Virus record (IMG/VR): IMGVR_UViG_3300005827_000042
Location: 1-64,000 of that record
DNA from: a virus
DNA length: 64,000 bases
Strand: one strand, 5' to 3'
Part shown: one piece after another, positions 18,608 through 28,737 of the stretch
Position numbering within the stretch: the first letter of the stretch is position 1
Layout of the letters: each line of letters opens with the position of its first letter
Translations under genes and position numbers: made by a program
The notes under the pieces: generated by a model
Seen by the model: only the letters and a program-made list of their open reading frames with translations
Told to the model about the DNA's origin: nothing
Database searches by the model: none

Positions 18608-21546
18608 TATGCGTACTTTATCCCTATTGTGCCAGCATTATCAGGTACCCAATCAAGTAGATTTCCGGCCTTACTTACCCAAGTTACACCAAAGTCTGGA
18701 GTGTATTGTATTTCAATTGTGGATGACGGAGACTGATTGTATACACACGCCCACGTATTTGCATCCCCCATGTTTACAAACTTTATGGTATGGGAGACAA
18801 TGCTGTGAGGCATAGTTACAGGCGTAAAGCTAATCCCAAAGTCTGACGACTTCTGTACCCCGTCAATAGGATTATAAGTCATTACATACTGACCGGTAGG
18901 GTCGCAAGCTGAGGATTCATAGTGGCTTGTTCCAGCCGGATAGGTGCGAAGAATTGTCTCAGCATTATCACCAATAACAAGGGCGGGCAGTGTGGGGTGG
19001 CCTGCCGTGTATATCAAATCTGCGTTCAATGCCCTGGTATGGTATATAGGTCCACCGATATTAAGTGTTGACTCAACAGTCATCAAGTCATTTGAAATGC
19101 GGAATATGTGACCAGCCTGGAACAATCCAGCACCATGAGTCAGATACCAGTTAGTATTGTAGTGAGTAAAGTTTCCACCAATCTCATACATGCCAGGATT
19201 TAAAAGGCGCGGAGAGATTGCACTTGCAGATGCCAGGAAGAATCGCCCAACGCTATTAGGGTAGTTCTGACCAGCCAATACAGCACAATAATTATCAACC
19301 AGGAAGTCCACCCCAATAGCAGAGATTAGAGGGACGCCACCAAACGGGCCTGTTCCTATCTGGGACAGGAAGTAGTTTGTATCTGCGATTACATACTTAC
19401 TGTTTCCTTTACCAACCAGTTGACTGTACAGTACCGGTTCGTATGGGGCAGGAGTGCTGCTGGACAGGAATGCCCTACCATACCGGTTCATATCAAATCC
19501 AGTAATAGATTGCAGTTCTGCCAATGTCCACTCATCTGCGGTAGTTCCAGCGTACCAGAACGGAGAAGGAAGATCCAACTCACTGGTAAACCACAGACCG
19601 ATTCCATTAATGTACACCGCCAGAATACCCAGCGGGGTGTACGGCTCTTCCGGAGGAACGTAGGGAACAATAGGAGGAAAGGTAGGAATCTCGATTGGGG
19701 GGAAGGTGGGAGGATCAACCGGAATAAGTACCGTATCCCCTTCAAACCCCTCAGTAATTTCTCGAACAGTAATGGATGTTTTCAAATACTGCTGCTGGCG
19801 ATTGTAGGAGAAGTGCACACCAGTTATGAAGTATGGTGCGTTTATTGAAATGTTGCGTGACGTATCTTCTCTATCTATTACAATCTGCACAGCCTTTTGA
19901 GGTGCAATATCAAATACCTTATATGCACCGGCCAATTCAAAGTTTATCGTGGGGTGCTTGGCGTTACGGTAAGCATATACGTCCCCTACAAGCTGATTCA
20001 ACTGGTTCTGAGATACAAGAGCTAATCCGTTTGGGGATTCCGCTTTACCGTAGTATCCAGGGGCGGATCCAGGTGCAGCAGCTAACAAAGCCACACTAGC
20101 ATCCACAATAATCAGTGGGTTGTACTGAATACCTCCAAGCTCAATGTATGACACCGTGTCATATATTAACTCTTGTATTGCAGGCTCCCCCATCCAATCA
20201 TCTTTTACGATTGTGGTGATTGGGGGATAGGCGGTCTTCGCTAAGTGTGTGGCCTCCATGGATGTCTCTATCCACAACTTCCCTTGGAAGTCAGAAACGA
20301 CTTCAGCCATGAGCGCAGATTTCAAAATTGATGCGACACCATCGAAGATACTCTCACGATTGGTGTCATAGTATTGAATGTATCGATCCTCAGCCAGGAA
20401 CTGTATATCAGCTACAGACAGTACCGTACTGTGCCACCGTAGAAAGTGATACACAGACTTCTTTACGTTGTTGGACTTTATCTGGTACCACGTGGTCGGA
20501 GATGCTACTGAATTTTCAATGGATATGCCGAACCCAGTGGATGTACGCATAATCTCATCAATAGAACCAATCTGGAATTCTACAGATGATTTATCATAAG
20601 ACCACTTGATCGTGCCCTGTATAATGTAACCAACAAAATAAATGCTGCTGGAGTTCTCCGCGTTACCGCCTACGTTTATATGATTCCCATTGTAGTATTC
20701 ATCAGAATAGATCACCACAATGGCACCATCATAAATATCGTAGTCCCACGGATTACGCAGAGTTATAGTAGATGTGTACCCACTGGATGCACGCGATCCC
20801 TGCCCATCAGATATCTCCCAGTCTTCCCATTTCTGATTGTTGGGATAGATAGAAACATATCGATAAGAAGTATCAACAGAACCATTTACCCCAGTAACAA
20901 TCAGTTTGGTAGTGTAGTGTCCTGGGGTATTGTAAGTAATATACCCAGGGGTGCCTAAACTTGACCCGGTAGACGTTGCCCCGTCAAATACCCACTGATA
21001 GGATAGGCTATCCCCATTCACGTGTTGAGTGCCAGATGCAGAATACCAGAAGGATATTTCTCCATCGTCACCCAGCATCCCGGCACGGTGCGGACCCATA
21101 CACACAAAAGAACCAAGAATAGAATTCTGGTTGGTATAAACTATGTCGTAGTCTTTGTAGAAAATAACCTGTTCGGGATCAGACGGATTCTTTATAATCC
21201 TTGGAAATACCGATGTGATGTCGATGATATCCAGAACCGTCAGATACAAAAGATCCTGCCAATTGATATGAGAATTCTCTGCCACTGTGATACTTGTAAG
21301 CGTTATACTCCTTACCCGTACCTTGCCCAACTCCTGACCGCCTGGAGTTGTGCCTACCAGAAGGGTCATGCCAGCAAATACCTGGGTATAGTCCCCGACA
21401 GTTACAGAATCATAGGCAATTACTCTAGCGCCTTTAGTGATTGTAGGATTACTAACCTGACAAGCCAACATAGTGTTAGGCTTGTATATGGATAAGTGAA
21501 GATCAACGAACTGCGAGTGCAGCCTTGAGATATCTAAGTCAGTCAT
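18607..21546 (-). CDS. large tail tip protein with PKD-like domain and C-terminal Asp-box (BNR) repeats
   Basis: 979 aa. PKD-like YQWVFDGATS..TPGHYTTKLIVTGVNG. Asp-boxes SSDFGISF and TPDFGVTW within the last ~80 aa. Confidence 0.65.
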   Translation of the reverse strand: MTDLDISRLHSQFVDLHLSIYKPNTMLACQVSNPTITKGARVIAYDSVTVGDYTQVFAGMTLLVGTTPGGQELGKVRVRSITLTSITVAENSHINWQDLLYLTVLDIIDITSVFPRIIKNPSDPEQVIFYKDYDIVYTNQNSILGSFVCMGPHRAGMLGDDGEISFWYSASGTQHVNGDSLSYQWVFDGATSTGSSLGTPGYITYNTPGHYTTKLIVTGVNGSVDTSYRYVSIYPNNQKWEDWEISDGQGSRASSGYTSTITLRNPWDYDIYDGAIVVIYSDEYYNGNHINVGGNAENSSSIYFVGYIIQGTIKWSYDKSSVEFQIGSIDEIMRTSTGFGISIENSVASPTTWYQIKSNNVKKSVYHFLRWHSTVLSVADIQFLAEDRYIQYYDTNRESIFDGVASILKSALMAEVVSDFQGKLWIETSMEATHLAKTAYPPITTIVKDDWMGEPAIQELIYDTVSYIELGGIQYNPLIIVDASVALLAAAPGSAPGYYGKAESPNGLALVSQNQLNQLVGDVYAYRNAKHPTINFELAGAYKVFDIAPQKAVQIVIDREDTSRNISINAPYFITGVHFSYNRQQQYLKTSITVREITEGFEGDTVLIPVDPPTFPPIEIPTFPPIVPYVPPEEPYTPLGILAVYINGIGLWFTSELDLPSPFWYAGTTADEWTLAELQSITGFDMNRYGRAFLSSSTPAPYEPVLYSQLVGKGNSKYVIADTNYFLSQIGTGPFGGVPLISAIGVDFLVDNYCAVLAGQNYPNSVGRFFLASASAISPRLLNPGMYEIGGNFTHYNTNWYLTHGAGLFQAGHIFRISNDLMTVESTLNIGGPIYHTRALNADLIYTAGHPTLPALVIGDNAETILRTYPAGTSHYESSACDPTGQYVMTYNPIDGVQKSSDFGISFTPVTMPHSIVSHTIKFVNMGDANTWACVYNQSPSSTIEIQYTPDFGVTWVSKAGNLLDWVPDNAGTIGIKYA

Positions 21547-21911
21547 GACCTTACCTTGACGATTAGTAGTTTGACATCGCTAACGTGATCGAGAAAGAAC
21601 TTACCAGCGGTTGGCTCACGTAACTGGCAACCGCTGTAGGTATAAAATTGAAATGGGGCAGTAGCATACTTGGGAAGATCGACAGCTATTGATCCACTGT
21701 TCTGAATGCCGTCGAAGAAACCAACCAACTGAGAGAAGGCATCCATAGGCATAAGATCCCACTCTAATTGGTACTGTCTGAGAGACGAGTACACCGACCT
21801 GCCCTCACCCGTAGTTCCCACTAGCTCCCTATCTACCCACGAATGGGTAGTAGGGGGCAGCAGTAACTCAGTTCCGTTTATTGCGAATGTTCCTGTTACT
21901 CCCTGAGTCAT
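21543..21911 (-). CDS. minor tail protein (lambda gpM position analogue)
   Basis: 122 aa immediately after the tape measure, with ATGA-type overlaps. Confidence 0.45.
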   Translation of the reverse strand: MTQGVTGTFAINGTELLLPPTTHSWVDRELVGTTGEGRSVYSSLRQYQLEWDLMPMDAFSQLVGFFDGIQNSGSIAVDLPKYATAPFQFYTYSGCQLREPTAGKFFLDHVSDVKLLIVKVRS

Positions 21912-24900
21912 CGTTGGTTTCTCCGTACAGTCATAATGCTGTTTGCAACACTATCAGTGGATTTCTGTACAATCCTGGCTTCCAGATCGTTGGACAGAGT
22001 TACTAGAATTTCAGCGGAAGTCTTTGGTGTGTTTATATTCCCGAATAGTGACAGTGCCCCACCCTTTAATGCTGACAATGCGCCCACAGGTAAAGCACTG
22101 TCTTTGTTAGCAGCGGTTACCACACTTTCCCAATCATCCCCGCCTGCGTTCTGCATGTCTTTCGCAGTAGGAAGGCTTCCTGTGGTTGGCATACCAATGT
22201 TTGCAGTGGTCGCCTTATATAACTTCTCAATTTCTTTCAACTTCTTCGCCATGAGAGTTGTGTAGGTTATGACACGATCATAACCCATCTTGAGTATGGT
22301 TTCAATGGACCCCTTTGATCCAAAGTAATCAAGGTACAACTCTTGAATGGCCTTAGTGCCTTCATTTGTTAGGCCAAGCTGTTCGGCTAACGAAGTTGCA
22401 AGATTGCGCAGCCGGTCTTTGCGTTCTTCTTCCAGGCGCTGCATTTCGATCTTATGTTCTTCTTCCTCACGTTTACGCTTGAGACGGAAATCCTCTTCCA
22501 TCCGCTTCAGCTTCAGTGCGCGTTCAGCATCAAGCTCCTTCAGCCTGTCATCACGTTGGCGACGCATTTCCTCAATCTCTGCGGCGTGCTGGGCAGCCGC
22601 ACTAGACTGACTGAGATTGAATTCATTTATCATGTTCTGCTTATTCATGGCATAATCACGAATAAGCCGCAACACCTGACGAGCATCACGCTCGTGCAAG
22701 GCATCATCGAGATTCATCAAGAACTTCTCTCGAAGTTGCCGTAACTCTTCCTGGAACTTGGCCTCAGCGTCTATCTTCTTGCGGTTGTATTCCCGCTGCT
22801 TTGCCTCAATCGCCTTCTCACTATCATTGATAATCTTAAGGCGATCAATCTTCCAGTCCTCCATAAACCTTGATATATCAATATCAAAGTCTTCCTGTAA
22901 TTTCTGCATCGTGTTATGGAAGTCTTCTTCCATGTTAGCGGCACGATCAGCAAACTCATCCATAGCCTCAGCTAAGTCGTTCAGTGCCTTCTGAATCTTC
23001 TCAGAATTATCTTCAGACTCCCCCATAGGTGGGATAACTGGACCGGTTGGGGTATCTTGTTTGCTCAAGTTGGCAATAGACGGCTGCTCGGAAATCTTTT
23101 TTCCAGACACTTCCTCATACGCGGCAGCAGCTTGCTTCAGTGTAGCAATAACTGGCACAAATGCCTCTATTATTGCTGCACCAATTAGCCCAATTAGATT
23201 TAATATGTTTGTGAATCCCCATATCATAAACCCAAATATTGGGCTTGTCTGTCTCATGTGCTCATTAAACTTAGACGTGCCGTCAATCAGATCGTTCCAC
23301 ACTGATCTAATATATAGAATCTGTTCGATTACATATGCCACAAGGTAAATAAGGGCGTTCCAGTAGTCCACCAGCGGAGCGGCCTCGGTGGTCAAATTTT
23401 CCCATTCAGCGGATAGCTTATCACCGGCGTTAGCTAGGTTGTCCTGTAATTCAAGTGTTTCTTTTAGTGTCTTGTTGTTTTGCTCGATCAACACCCCTGC
23501 GCGGGCGTGCATCTTTTGTTCCTCAGTGAGCTTATCATTAATATCGTCAATCATTCCGATTTTCTTAGCATAAGCTTTCACATCGGAGTCAGCAACACTA
23601 AGACCACCGCCAAGGTTTCTTACGCCTTCCGGCTGACCAGACATGGCCGCAGCGGAAACCGTACCCATTATCTCTTCGAGAGACTTTTCTGGATTGCGAA
23701 TCCTGGCCGCATTTGCAACCTCCATAAGTCCCTTGAGTTCTTTTGGAGTGAATCCAGCACCAGCCAGACGCAGTGCCATGTCGCCAGTAGCGGCGAACAT
23801 ATCCACACTGGACACGTTACGAAACTCGGCATTCAATTCTTTTACAATACCAAGTAACTGCCCACCTGTTACTTCAACCCCAGACTTCGACATTACCTGT
23901 TCAGCGATGGATAATTTTCCAAGCGCATTGGATAAGTCTTTGGCTTGCTGTATGGTGTTTGTAAAGAATTTGGTCACCAGCATCTGAAGTTGGAATATGA
24001 CCATCGCCATGCCAACCCCAAAGGCGGTGTTCATAATTGATTTCAGATTGAACATCTCTCGAATGGTGTCCCCAATACCATTCTTCATGTCATGAATACC
24101 GTTCTTTGTATTCTCAATTACCTTATTGTCAATGCCATACATAGCCTGGACAAGCTTGAGCATGGCATCAGTTGATGCCCCAGTAGCGGTGTGTAACTCA
24201 TCCATTAGTGGGATGAGCATTTTGGTTTGTTCAAATGGAGTCTTACCGCTGAGAGTGGATAGTTTACCCTCAGCGGACGCAATAGCGCGCTGTGCCGTGA
24301 TCCTACGATCATCCAGCATTGCCATCTCACGAGCCTTGTCTACATCAACCACAAGTTCTTTTGTAAGCTCTTTTTGCAGGGCTACAACCTGCTGACGATT
24401 GGCAACCTCAGACTTCTGCATCTCCTGTATTTCTTTACGAGACTCAGCCTCAAGCTTCTTACCAACATCCTTATCTTTAGTTGGTGTCTTTAGTGCTTCC
24501 TTCTCAGCAGCGACTTGAGCACGTTCAGCCGCAATAGCTTGAGCCTCTTTCTGTTTAGTGATATCAATTTCGATATTCATCTGGGTGGTCTTGTCGGCTA
24601 TAAGTTCCTGATTAGCTTCCTTTTCCCTAGCCGCATTTTCACGTTCTATTCGTATCTGATCTATCTTAGCTGACTGAATTTGGGCAAGTTGAAGAGCAGG
24701 ATCGTCAAACTTCATCTCTCCAGAGAACCCACCCTGAGTAACCATGTTATTGAATGATTCAAATAAACTTGTCATTCTAGACATAGAGGTGCCAAACTTA
24801 ACAGATAGCACATCTGCATAGCTGATAATGGCAGCCATTTTCTTCTCCATCGTTTTGAGGGAGTTGATTACCTTTATGCTGTCACTGTCTTTTATGAGAA

Positions 24901-24931
24901 AGTTGAGAATTACACTATCAGTGGTTGCCAT
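21908..24931 (-). CDS. tape measure protein
   Basis: 1007 aa. Extended coiled-coil A/E/K/Q/R-rich segments plus central hydrophobic stretches. Follows the chaperone pair and the major tail gene. Confidence 0.85.
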   Translation of the reverse strand: MATTDSVILNFLIKDSDSIKVINSLKTMEKKMAAIISYADVLSVKFGTSMSRMTSLFESFNNMVTQGGFSGEMKFDDPALQLAQIQSAKIDQIRIERENAAREKEANQELIADKTTQMNIEIDITKQKEAQAIAAERAQVAAEKEALKTPTKDKDVGKKLEAESRKEIQEMQKSEVANRQQVVALQKELTKELVVDVDKAREMAMLDDRRITAQRAIASAEGKLSTLSGKTPFEQTKMLIPLMDELHTATGASTDAMLKLVQAMYGIDNKVIENTKNGIHDMKNGIGDTIREMFNLKSIMNTAFGVGMAMVIFQLQMLVTKFFTNTIQQAKDLSNALGKLSIAEQVMSKSGVEVTGGQLLGIVKELNAEFRNVSSVDMFAATGDMALRLAGAGFTPKELKGLMEVANAARIRNPEKSLEEIMGTVSAAAMSGQPEGVRNLGGGLSVADSDVKAYAKKIGMIDDINDKLTEEQKMHARAGVLIEQNNKTLKETLELQDNLANAGDKLSAEWENLTTEAAPLVDYWNALIYLVAYVIEQILYIRSVWNDLIDGTSKFNEHMRQTSPIFGFMIWGFTNILNLIGLIGAAIIEAFVPVIATLKQAAAAYEEVSGKKISEQPSIANLSKQDTPTGPVIPPMGESEDNSEKIQKALNDLAEAMDEFADRAANMEEDFHNTMQKLQEDFDIDISRFMEDWKIDRLKIINDSEKAIEAKQREYNRKKIDAEAKFQEELRQLREKFLMNLDDALHERDARQVLRLIRDYAMNKQNMINEFNLSQSSAAAQHAAEIEEMRRQRDDRLKELDAERALKLKRMEEDFRLKRKREEEEHKIEMQRLEEERKDRLRNLATSLAEQLGLTNEGTKAIQELYLDYFGSKGSIETILKMGYDRVITYTTLMAKKLKEIEKLYKATTANIGMPTTGSLPTAKDMQNAGGDDWESVVTAANKDSALPVGALSALKGGALSLFGNINTPKTSAEILVTLSNDLEARIVQKSTDSVANSIMTVRRNQR

Positions 24932-24932
24932 T

Positions 24933-25220
24933 TTATCTCACCCTTACCAGACTAACAAATTCATCAAAATTGTTTTTAGCTATACCAAGAGCTATACCGA
25001 ATACCAAAGAGTTAGGAAGCTTTTTCTTTTCTCCATAAAATATTCGGTATACCCTCTCTGCTTTCTGTGGCGCAACCCTACACATGAACTCAGCTATTGT
25101 ATAAGGCTCTATGTCATTCTGACAGTATGGTTTTATTACTTTCCATACTGTTACCATCTCCTCAAGATTAAGAAGCCTGGGCCGTTTCCTGAATAAATTT
25201 TTCCATACCGCCAGTATCAT
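24933..25220 (-). CDS. tail assembly chaperone-position ORF (downstream member of overlapping pair)
   Basis: 95 aa. Overlaps the upstream ORF by 53 nt in the +1 frame. Own AAGGA RBS 7 nt before the ATG. Confidence 0.45.
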   Translation of the reverse strand: MILAVWKNLFRKRPRLLNLEEMVTVWKVIKPYCQNDIEPYTIAEFMCRVAPQKAERVYRIFYGEKKKLPNSLVFGIALGIAKNNFDEFVSLVRVR

Positions 25221-25836
25221 GTATAATTCCTTGAGGCATCATAGATTTTGGTATCCGTACTCTTCGTATCTTTGGAGCATTCTCGTGCATGAAGTACGGG
25301 CGGGGGAGTGGGTTGAATTTAGACTGCTTAGTTGTAGAGTTATACGGGTAAGCAACCTCACTCATACCCCACAAAAACTCTCTATTCAACTGCTCGTCTG
25401 TAAGAACTTCTTGAATATGGGCAAGGGCAGTGTCTACACTTAGATTTCCTATATACTCCAAACTCCACCCATATTCTTTAGCCAGCAAGTGTGCCCAATA
25501 ATTCCAATTCCTACCTGAATACTCCCACCCAACTTCTTTGTCTTTCATCTTACTATTACCAGAGGTTAGAAGTGGGATCTTGGTTGGTGAGTTTAGCTCC
25601 CTGGCAATTGAGAAGAGAAATATTGTTACTTTCCATGGCAATCTCTGTAAGACGATATTAGAAATATGAAGGGCAGTCGATATGTACTGCATTACAAGTT
25701 TCGGGAACTCTGTAATGTTTCCACCATCGACTGCCCTGCTTATATTTGCTACTACGTCTTCCAGTACCGCCCACGAATAAAACTTTACTTTCTTAGGTCG
25801 TCTTATCCGTAAATAGGCACTAATAAGACTGAGCAA
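25168..25836 (-). CDS. tail assembly chaperone-position ORF
   Basis: 222 aa. TTG start preceded by an AGAGG RBS. Lies between the major tail protein and the tape measure. Confidence 0.5.
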   Translation of the reverse strand: MLSLISAYLRIRRPKKVKFYSWAVLEDVVANISRAVDGGNITEFPKLVMQYISTALHISNIVLQRLPWKVTIFLFSIARELNSPTKIPLLTSGNSKMKDKEVGWEYSGRNWNYWAHLLAKEYGWSLEYIGNLSVDTALAHIQEVLTDEQLNREFLWGMSEVAYPYNSTTKQSKFNPLPRPYFMHENAPKIRRVRIPKSMMPQGIIHDTGGMEKFIQETAQAS

Positions 25837-25847
25837 GGCTACCTCTT

Positions 25848-26477
25848 TTACGGAATGGCACCCAGATCAGAACGAATGAACACTCCGAACATCTGAGGAG
25901 ACGGTTTGGTGGTGTCAGCATATGCACGCACCTTCAAACCTGTAAGCTGCCACGGCTCACCGGACTTCATTTCCAGCGTCCAAGCATCAACGAACTTGGC
26001 CTTGTGCAGATGGATGACCAGATAGTCGCCAGTCTCTTCATCATACACCTTAGGCATATACACCATGAAGTGCTGAGTGTTGTTGATCGGGCCGATGCCA
26101 ACCTTCTCTTCACCAGAACCGACAGTGGGGGTAGACAGGTTCATCAGTTTAGCCGCCACAGCCAGCGGGAAGATACTGGAGATGGTAAGCCCCAGTTCCA
26201 CATAATCACGCCGCTGGATAGTGTCCTTGATACCGACAGTATCGCAACGCACGTCATTCATAGTCATGCCCTCAGTCAGCGACACGTCCAGAACACATCC
26301 AAGCAGATTGACCGGATACTGAGTCGTGCCAGTCATATTCCAGTAGTACCCGTCAGCATCAGGATTATAAAGCGGAGCCGCACGGTAATCCTGAATGTAA
26401 AGATAAGGAGCACCTTCGATATAAAGGTCTTCCTGAGAAACAATGTTACCAATAGCACTTCCAGTAACTAAGGACAT
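25848..26477 (-). CDS. major tail protein
   Basis: 209 aa. Position upstream of the chaperones and TMP, GGAGG-like RBS, no sheath gene present. Confidence 0.6.
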   Translation of the reverse strand: MSLVTGSAIGNIVSQEDLYIEGAPYLYIQDYRAAPLYNPDADGYYWNMTGTTQYPVNLLGCVLDVSLTEGMTMNDVRCDTVGIKDTIQRRDYVELGLTISSIFPLAVAAKLMNLSTPTVGSGEEKVGIGPINNTQHFMVYMPKVYDEETGDYLVIHLHKAKFVDAWTLEMKSGEPWQLTGLKVRAYADTTKPSPQMFGVFIRSDLGAIP

Positions 26478-26485
26478 AGTACCTC

Positions 26486-26779
26486 CTAACCGCGCTCAAA
26501 CAAAAAGTTTTCGATCTTACGGTTTCCGCAGCACGCAGTTTCACCAACATGCTTTGTCAACAGATCATCAATGTCTCTTACATCTACTTGCACTTTTGTT
26601 CCCGCGCCATCCCATTTGTAATGTTTACCGGAAACGGCTCCGACCATCCTAACGGTTGCAGGGAACTTGCACACTACCAATTCACTCTGTTCAACAGAAG
26701 TATAAGGCAACCCAGATCCAATATCAAGGTCGTCATCTTTTACTTCACTTGCATGGGAAATGACAGTTCGCCTCGCCAT
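26486..26779 (-). CDS. hypothetical structural-module protein
   Basis: 97-aa ORF between the tail-completion and major tail genes. Confidence 0.45.
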   Translation of the reverse strand: MARRTVISHASEVKDDDLDIGSGLPYTSVEQSELVVCKFPATVRMVGAVSGKHYKWDGAGTKVQVDVRDIDDLLTKHVGETACCGNRKIENFLFERG

Positions 26780-27147
26780 ACGCCGTCCTCCTGTACATAC
26801 ATGGCACCAAGCTGAAGTGCCTCAATTCTTGAAGTAGTCCTAATCCCTCCATTAGTAACATGGTTTCGATCAAACAGATCGAATAGCATTCCACAGATAG
26901 TATTCACAGACAGACTGGATGCCAGATCACCAAACACATAAATGTGAACATCAATATCGAAGATATCACAATCAGGGGTGTGTCGTTTGAAATTATCAAC
27001 TCGAACACGGATATTGGGATACACAAACTTGTCCCCTACCCATTCCAATTCTCGTACCTCATTTACACTACCCAACTTAGCTAGTATGGGTGCGTCTTGT
27101 TTGATCTTACTGATGATACTCGCCTGTATACTGATTAGTGATGTCAT
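26740..27147 (-). CDS. tail completion/terminator-like protein
   Basis: 135 aa. Position and size resemble the DUF3168-like tail completion family. Weak, position-based call. Confidence 0.45.
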   Translation of the reverse strand: MTSLISIQASIISKIKQDAPILAKLGSVNEVRELEWVGDKFVYPNIRVRVDNFKRHTPDCDIFDIDVHIYVFGDLASSLSVNTICGMLFDLFDRNHVTNGGIRTTSRIEALQLGAMYVQEDGVWRGELSFPMQVK

Positions 27148-27680
27148 TTATTCACACCTCCAGGGCGTGAGAATACCGCACGAATTTTTAGCTTCAAAGA
27201 CTTCTGTGCATCTTCAGATAGGTCTTCCTTGATCTTCGGAAGGGATTGGGCAAACGCCTCTCGTATGTAACCCTTACCACTATTGTATGCCCTAATACCT
27301 GGGTGCAAAACCTGAGGAAGGTATGCCTTTTTACCGAGCTTTTCCCAGTAAAATACTAACATTGTTTTAGGTGCTTTGGGAGTAATTCGTATAAATCCAT
27401 AACCAGTCTGACGCTTTGATTTGAAATTACGAGTAGCATGTAACCCAGACCCGTACTCTTGTGCACGTAAATCCTCGGATAAACCTTTACGTGGAATCAA
27501 ACGGGCCACAATAGATACCCCATTTGGGGATGAGGTGTCTACTGTGAAATTATCGCTCGTTATGAATGGGGCTAGATGTTGCGGAGCAAGTGCCTTCACC
27601 TTGTTATAAATCCGCAACCTGGCCCCTTCCAGAAACTCGTCTGATAATACTGACTTATCCGTACTGGTAGGCGTGGGCAT
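27144..27680 (-). CDS. neck protein (HK97 gp10-like position)
   Basis: 178 aa, in the connector series, overlapping junctions. Confidence 0.45.
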   Translation of the reverse strand: MPTPTSTDKSVLSDEFLEGARLRIYNKVKALAPQHLAPFITSDNFTVDTSSPNGVSIVARLIPRKGLSEDLRAQEYGSGLHATRNFKSKRQTGYGFIRITPKAPKTMLVFYWEKLGKKAYLPQVLHPGIRAYNSGKGYIREAFAQSLPKIKEDLSEDAQKSLKLKIRAVFSRPGGVNK

Positions 27681-28038
27681 CTTCGTACCTCTTCAGTACA
27701 AGCAGTGTCTGACTCCGTGGATCGTTGGGTCGAAGACTCGAATGCCTGACACTGATAATCCGGAACTTCTTATTGTAGTAGGGGCTGTCCAGAGGGTAAG
27801 TAACTACAATCTCATCGTTCTCATCTATGCCAACTGCTCTGGAACTTATCGTAGTCTCAAACAGTTTTGTGGTTTCAACCCCCTGCTCCAGCAGGGCAGT
27901 AGTGGGCGACAACGGCTCTATACGAACAAGCATTCCAGTATAGAGCACAGTTCCAGACGGCTGACTTCCACCAATCATGTCATCAGACGGGTAAGAGAAT
28001 CTAAATACACTTGCAATTTGATTGTGTCCAGCGGGCAT
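27655..28038 (-). CDS. head-tail adaptor/head closure protein
   Basis: 127 aa, in the connector series. Position-based call. Confidence 0.45.
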   Translation of the reverse strand: MPAGHNQIASVFRFSYPSDDMIGGSQPSGTVLYTGMLVRIEPLSPTTALLEQGVETTKLFETTISSRAVGIDENDEIVVTYPLDSPYYNKKFRIISVRHSSLRPNDPRSQTLLVLKRYEDAHAYQYG

Positions 28039-28040
28039 AA

Positions 28041-28733
28041 TTATCCTACCATCAATGACTTTCTGGCCTTTTTGATAGAGCCATCCAGAAGTTTTGCAAT
28101 CCAGGCGGATTTGGCTGAATTACCAAACACAGTATTCTTCCAAGACTTGCGCTTCTCTGAATATCGAAGATGAGTAAACTCAGTAACTCCAGCATCTCCG
28201 GTAGTTTCATTCGCAGGGGTTGGCTGAATCTCATTCAATATAAGCTGAGCAGCGTTTACCAGGGCCAGTGAGATTCCTGGCATAGCTGACGTTCCAGTAG
28301 ACAGGCCAGCCTCATACACGTATTCAATCGTGAATGGACGACCAGAAACAAGGTACACACATCCATAAGCTTTGGCAAAGTTCTCAAGGTACAGATATCC
28401 GTAGGTGTCGTTACGGATCATACCAATCGAATTGGAAATCTCTTCCAGAGTGTAGACAACAGTTCCTTCTTCGTCCAACATTCTCACTGCCAGGAGTTTG
28501 GTTACATACCCATAATCCGTTGGGATAATCTTACCAAGTTCCGGACTATAGTAAGCACTGCCTGTAACTATTGTGGGAATAAGCAACGTGCCAATATATG
28601 ACGACACCTGCTGCTCTGCCATTTGATAGCAAGCCTGACGAATCTGGGGAGTGGATTCATATACCACTCCCCCATAATCCACAAACATCTGGTCATTCAA
28701 AATCTGTGGCGCACTATACGGATACACTACCAT
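28041..28733 (-). CDS. head-tail connector/head completion protein
   Basis: 230 aa. First gene after the glycosylation island; position-based call. Confidence 0.4.
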   Translation of the reverse strand: MVVYPYSAPQILNDQMFVDYGGVVYESTPQIRQACYQMAEQQVSSYIGTLLIPTIVTGSAYYSPELGKIIPTDYGYVTKLLAVRMLDEEGTVVYTLEEISNSIGMIRNDTYGYLYLENFAKAYGCVYLVSGRPFTIEYVYEAGLSTGTSAMPGISLALVNAAQLILNEIQPTPANETTGDAGVTEFTHLRYSEKRKSWKNTVFGNSAKSAWIAKLLDGSIKKARKSLMVG

Positions 28734-28737
28734 GTGT

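Noticed and set aside
25168-25220. Canonical -1 programmed frameshift (gpG/gpGT type) in the chaperone overlap
   Set aside because: The downstream frame is +1, not -1, relative to the upstream ORF. No X XXY YYZ heptamer is in the correct register.
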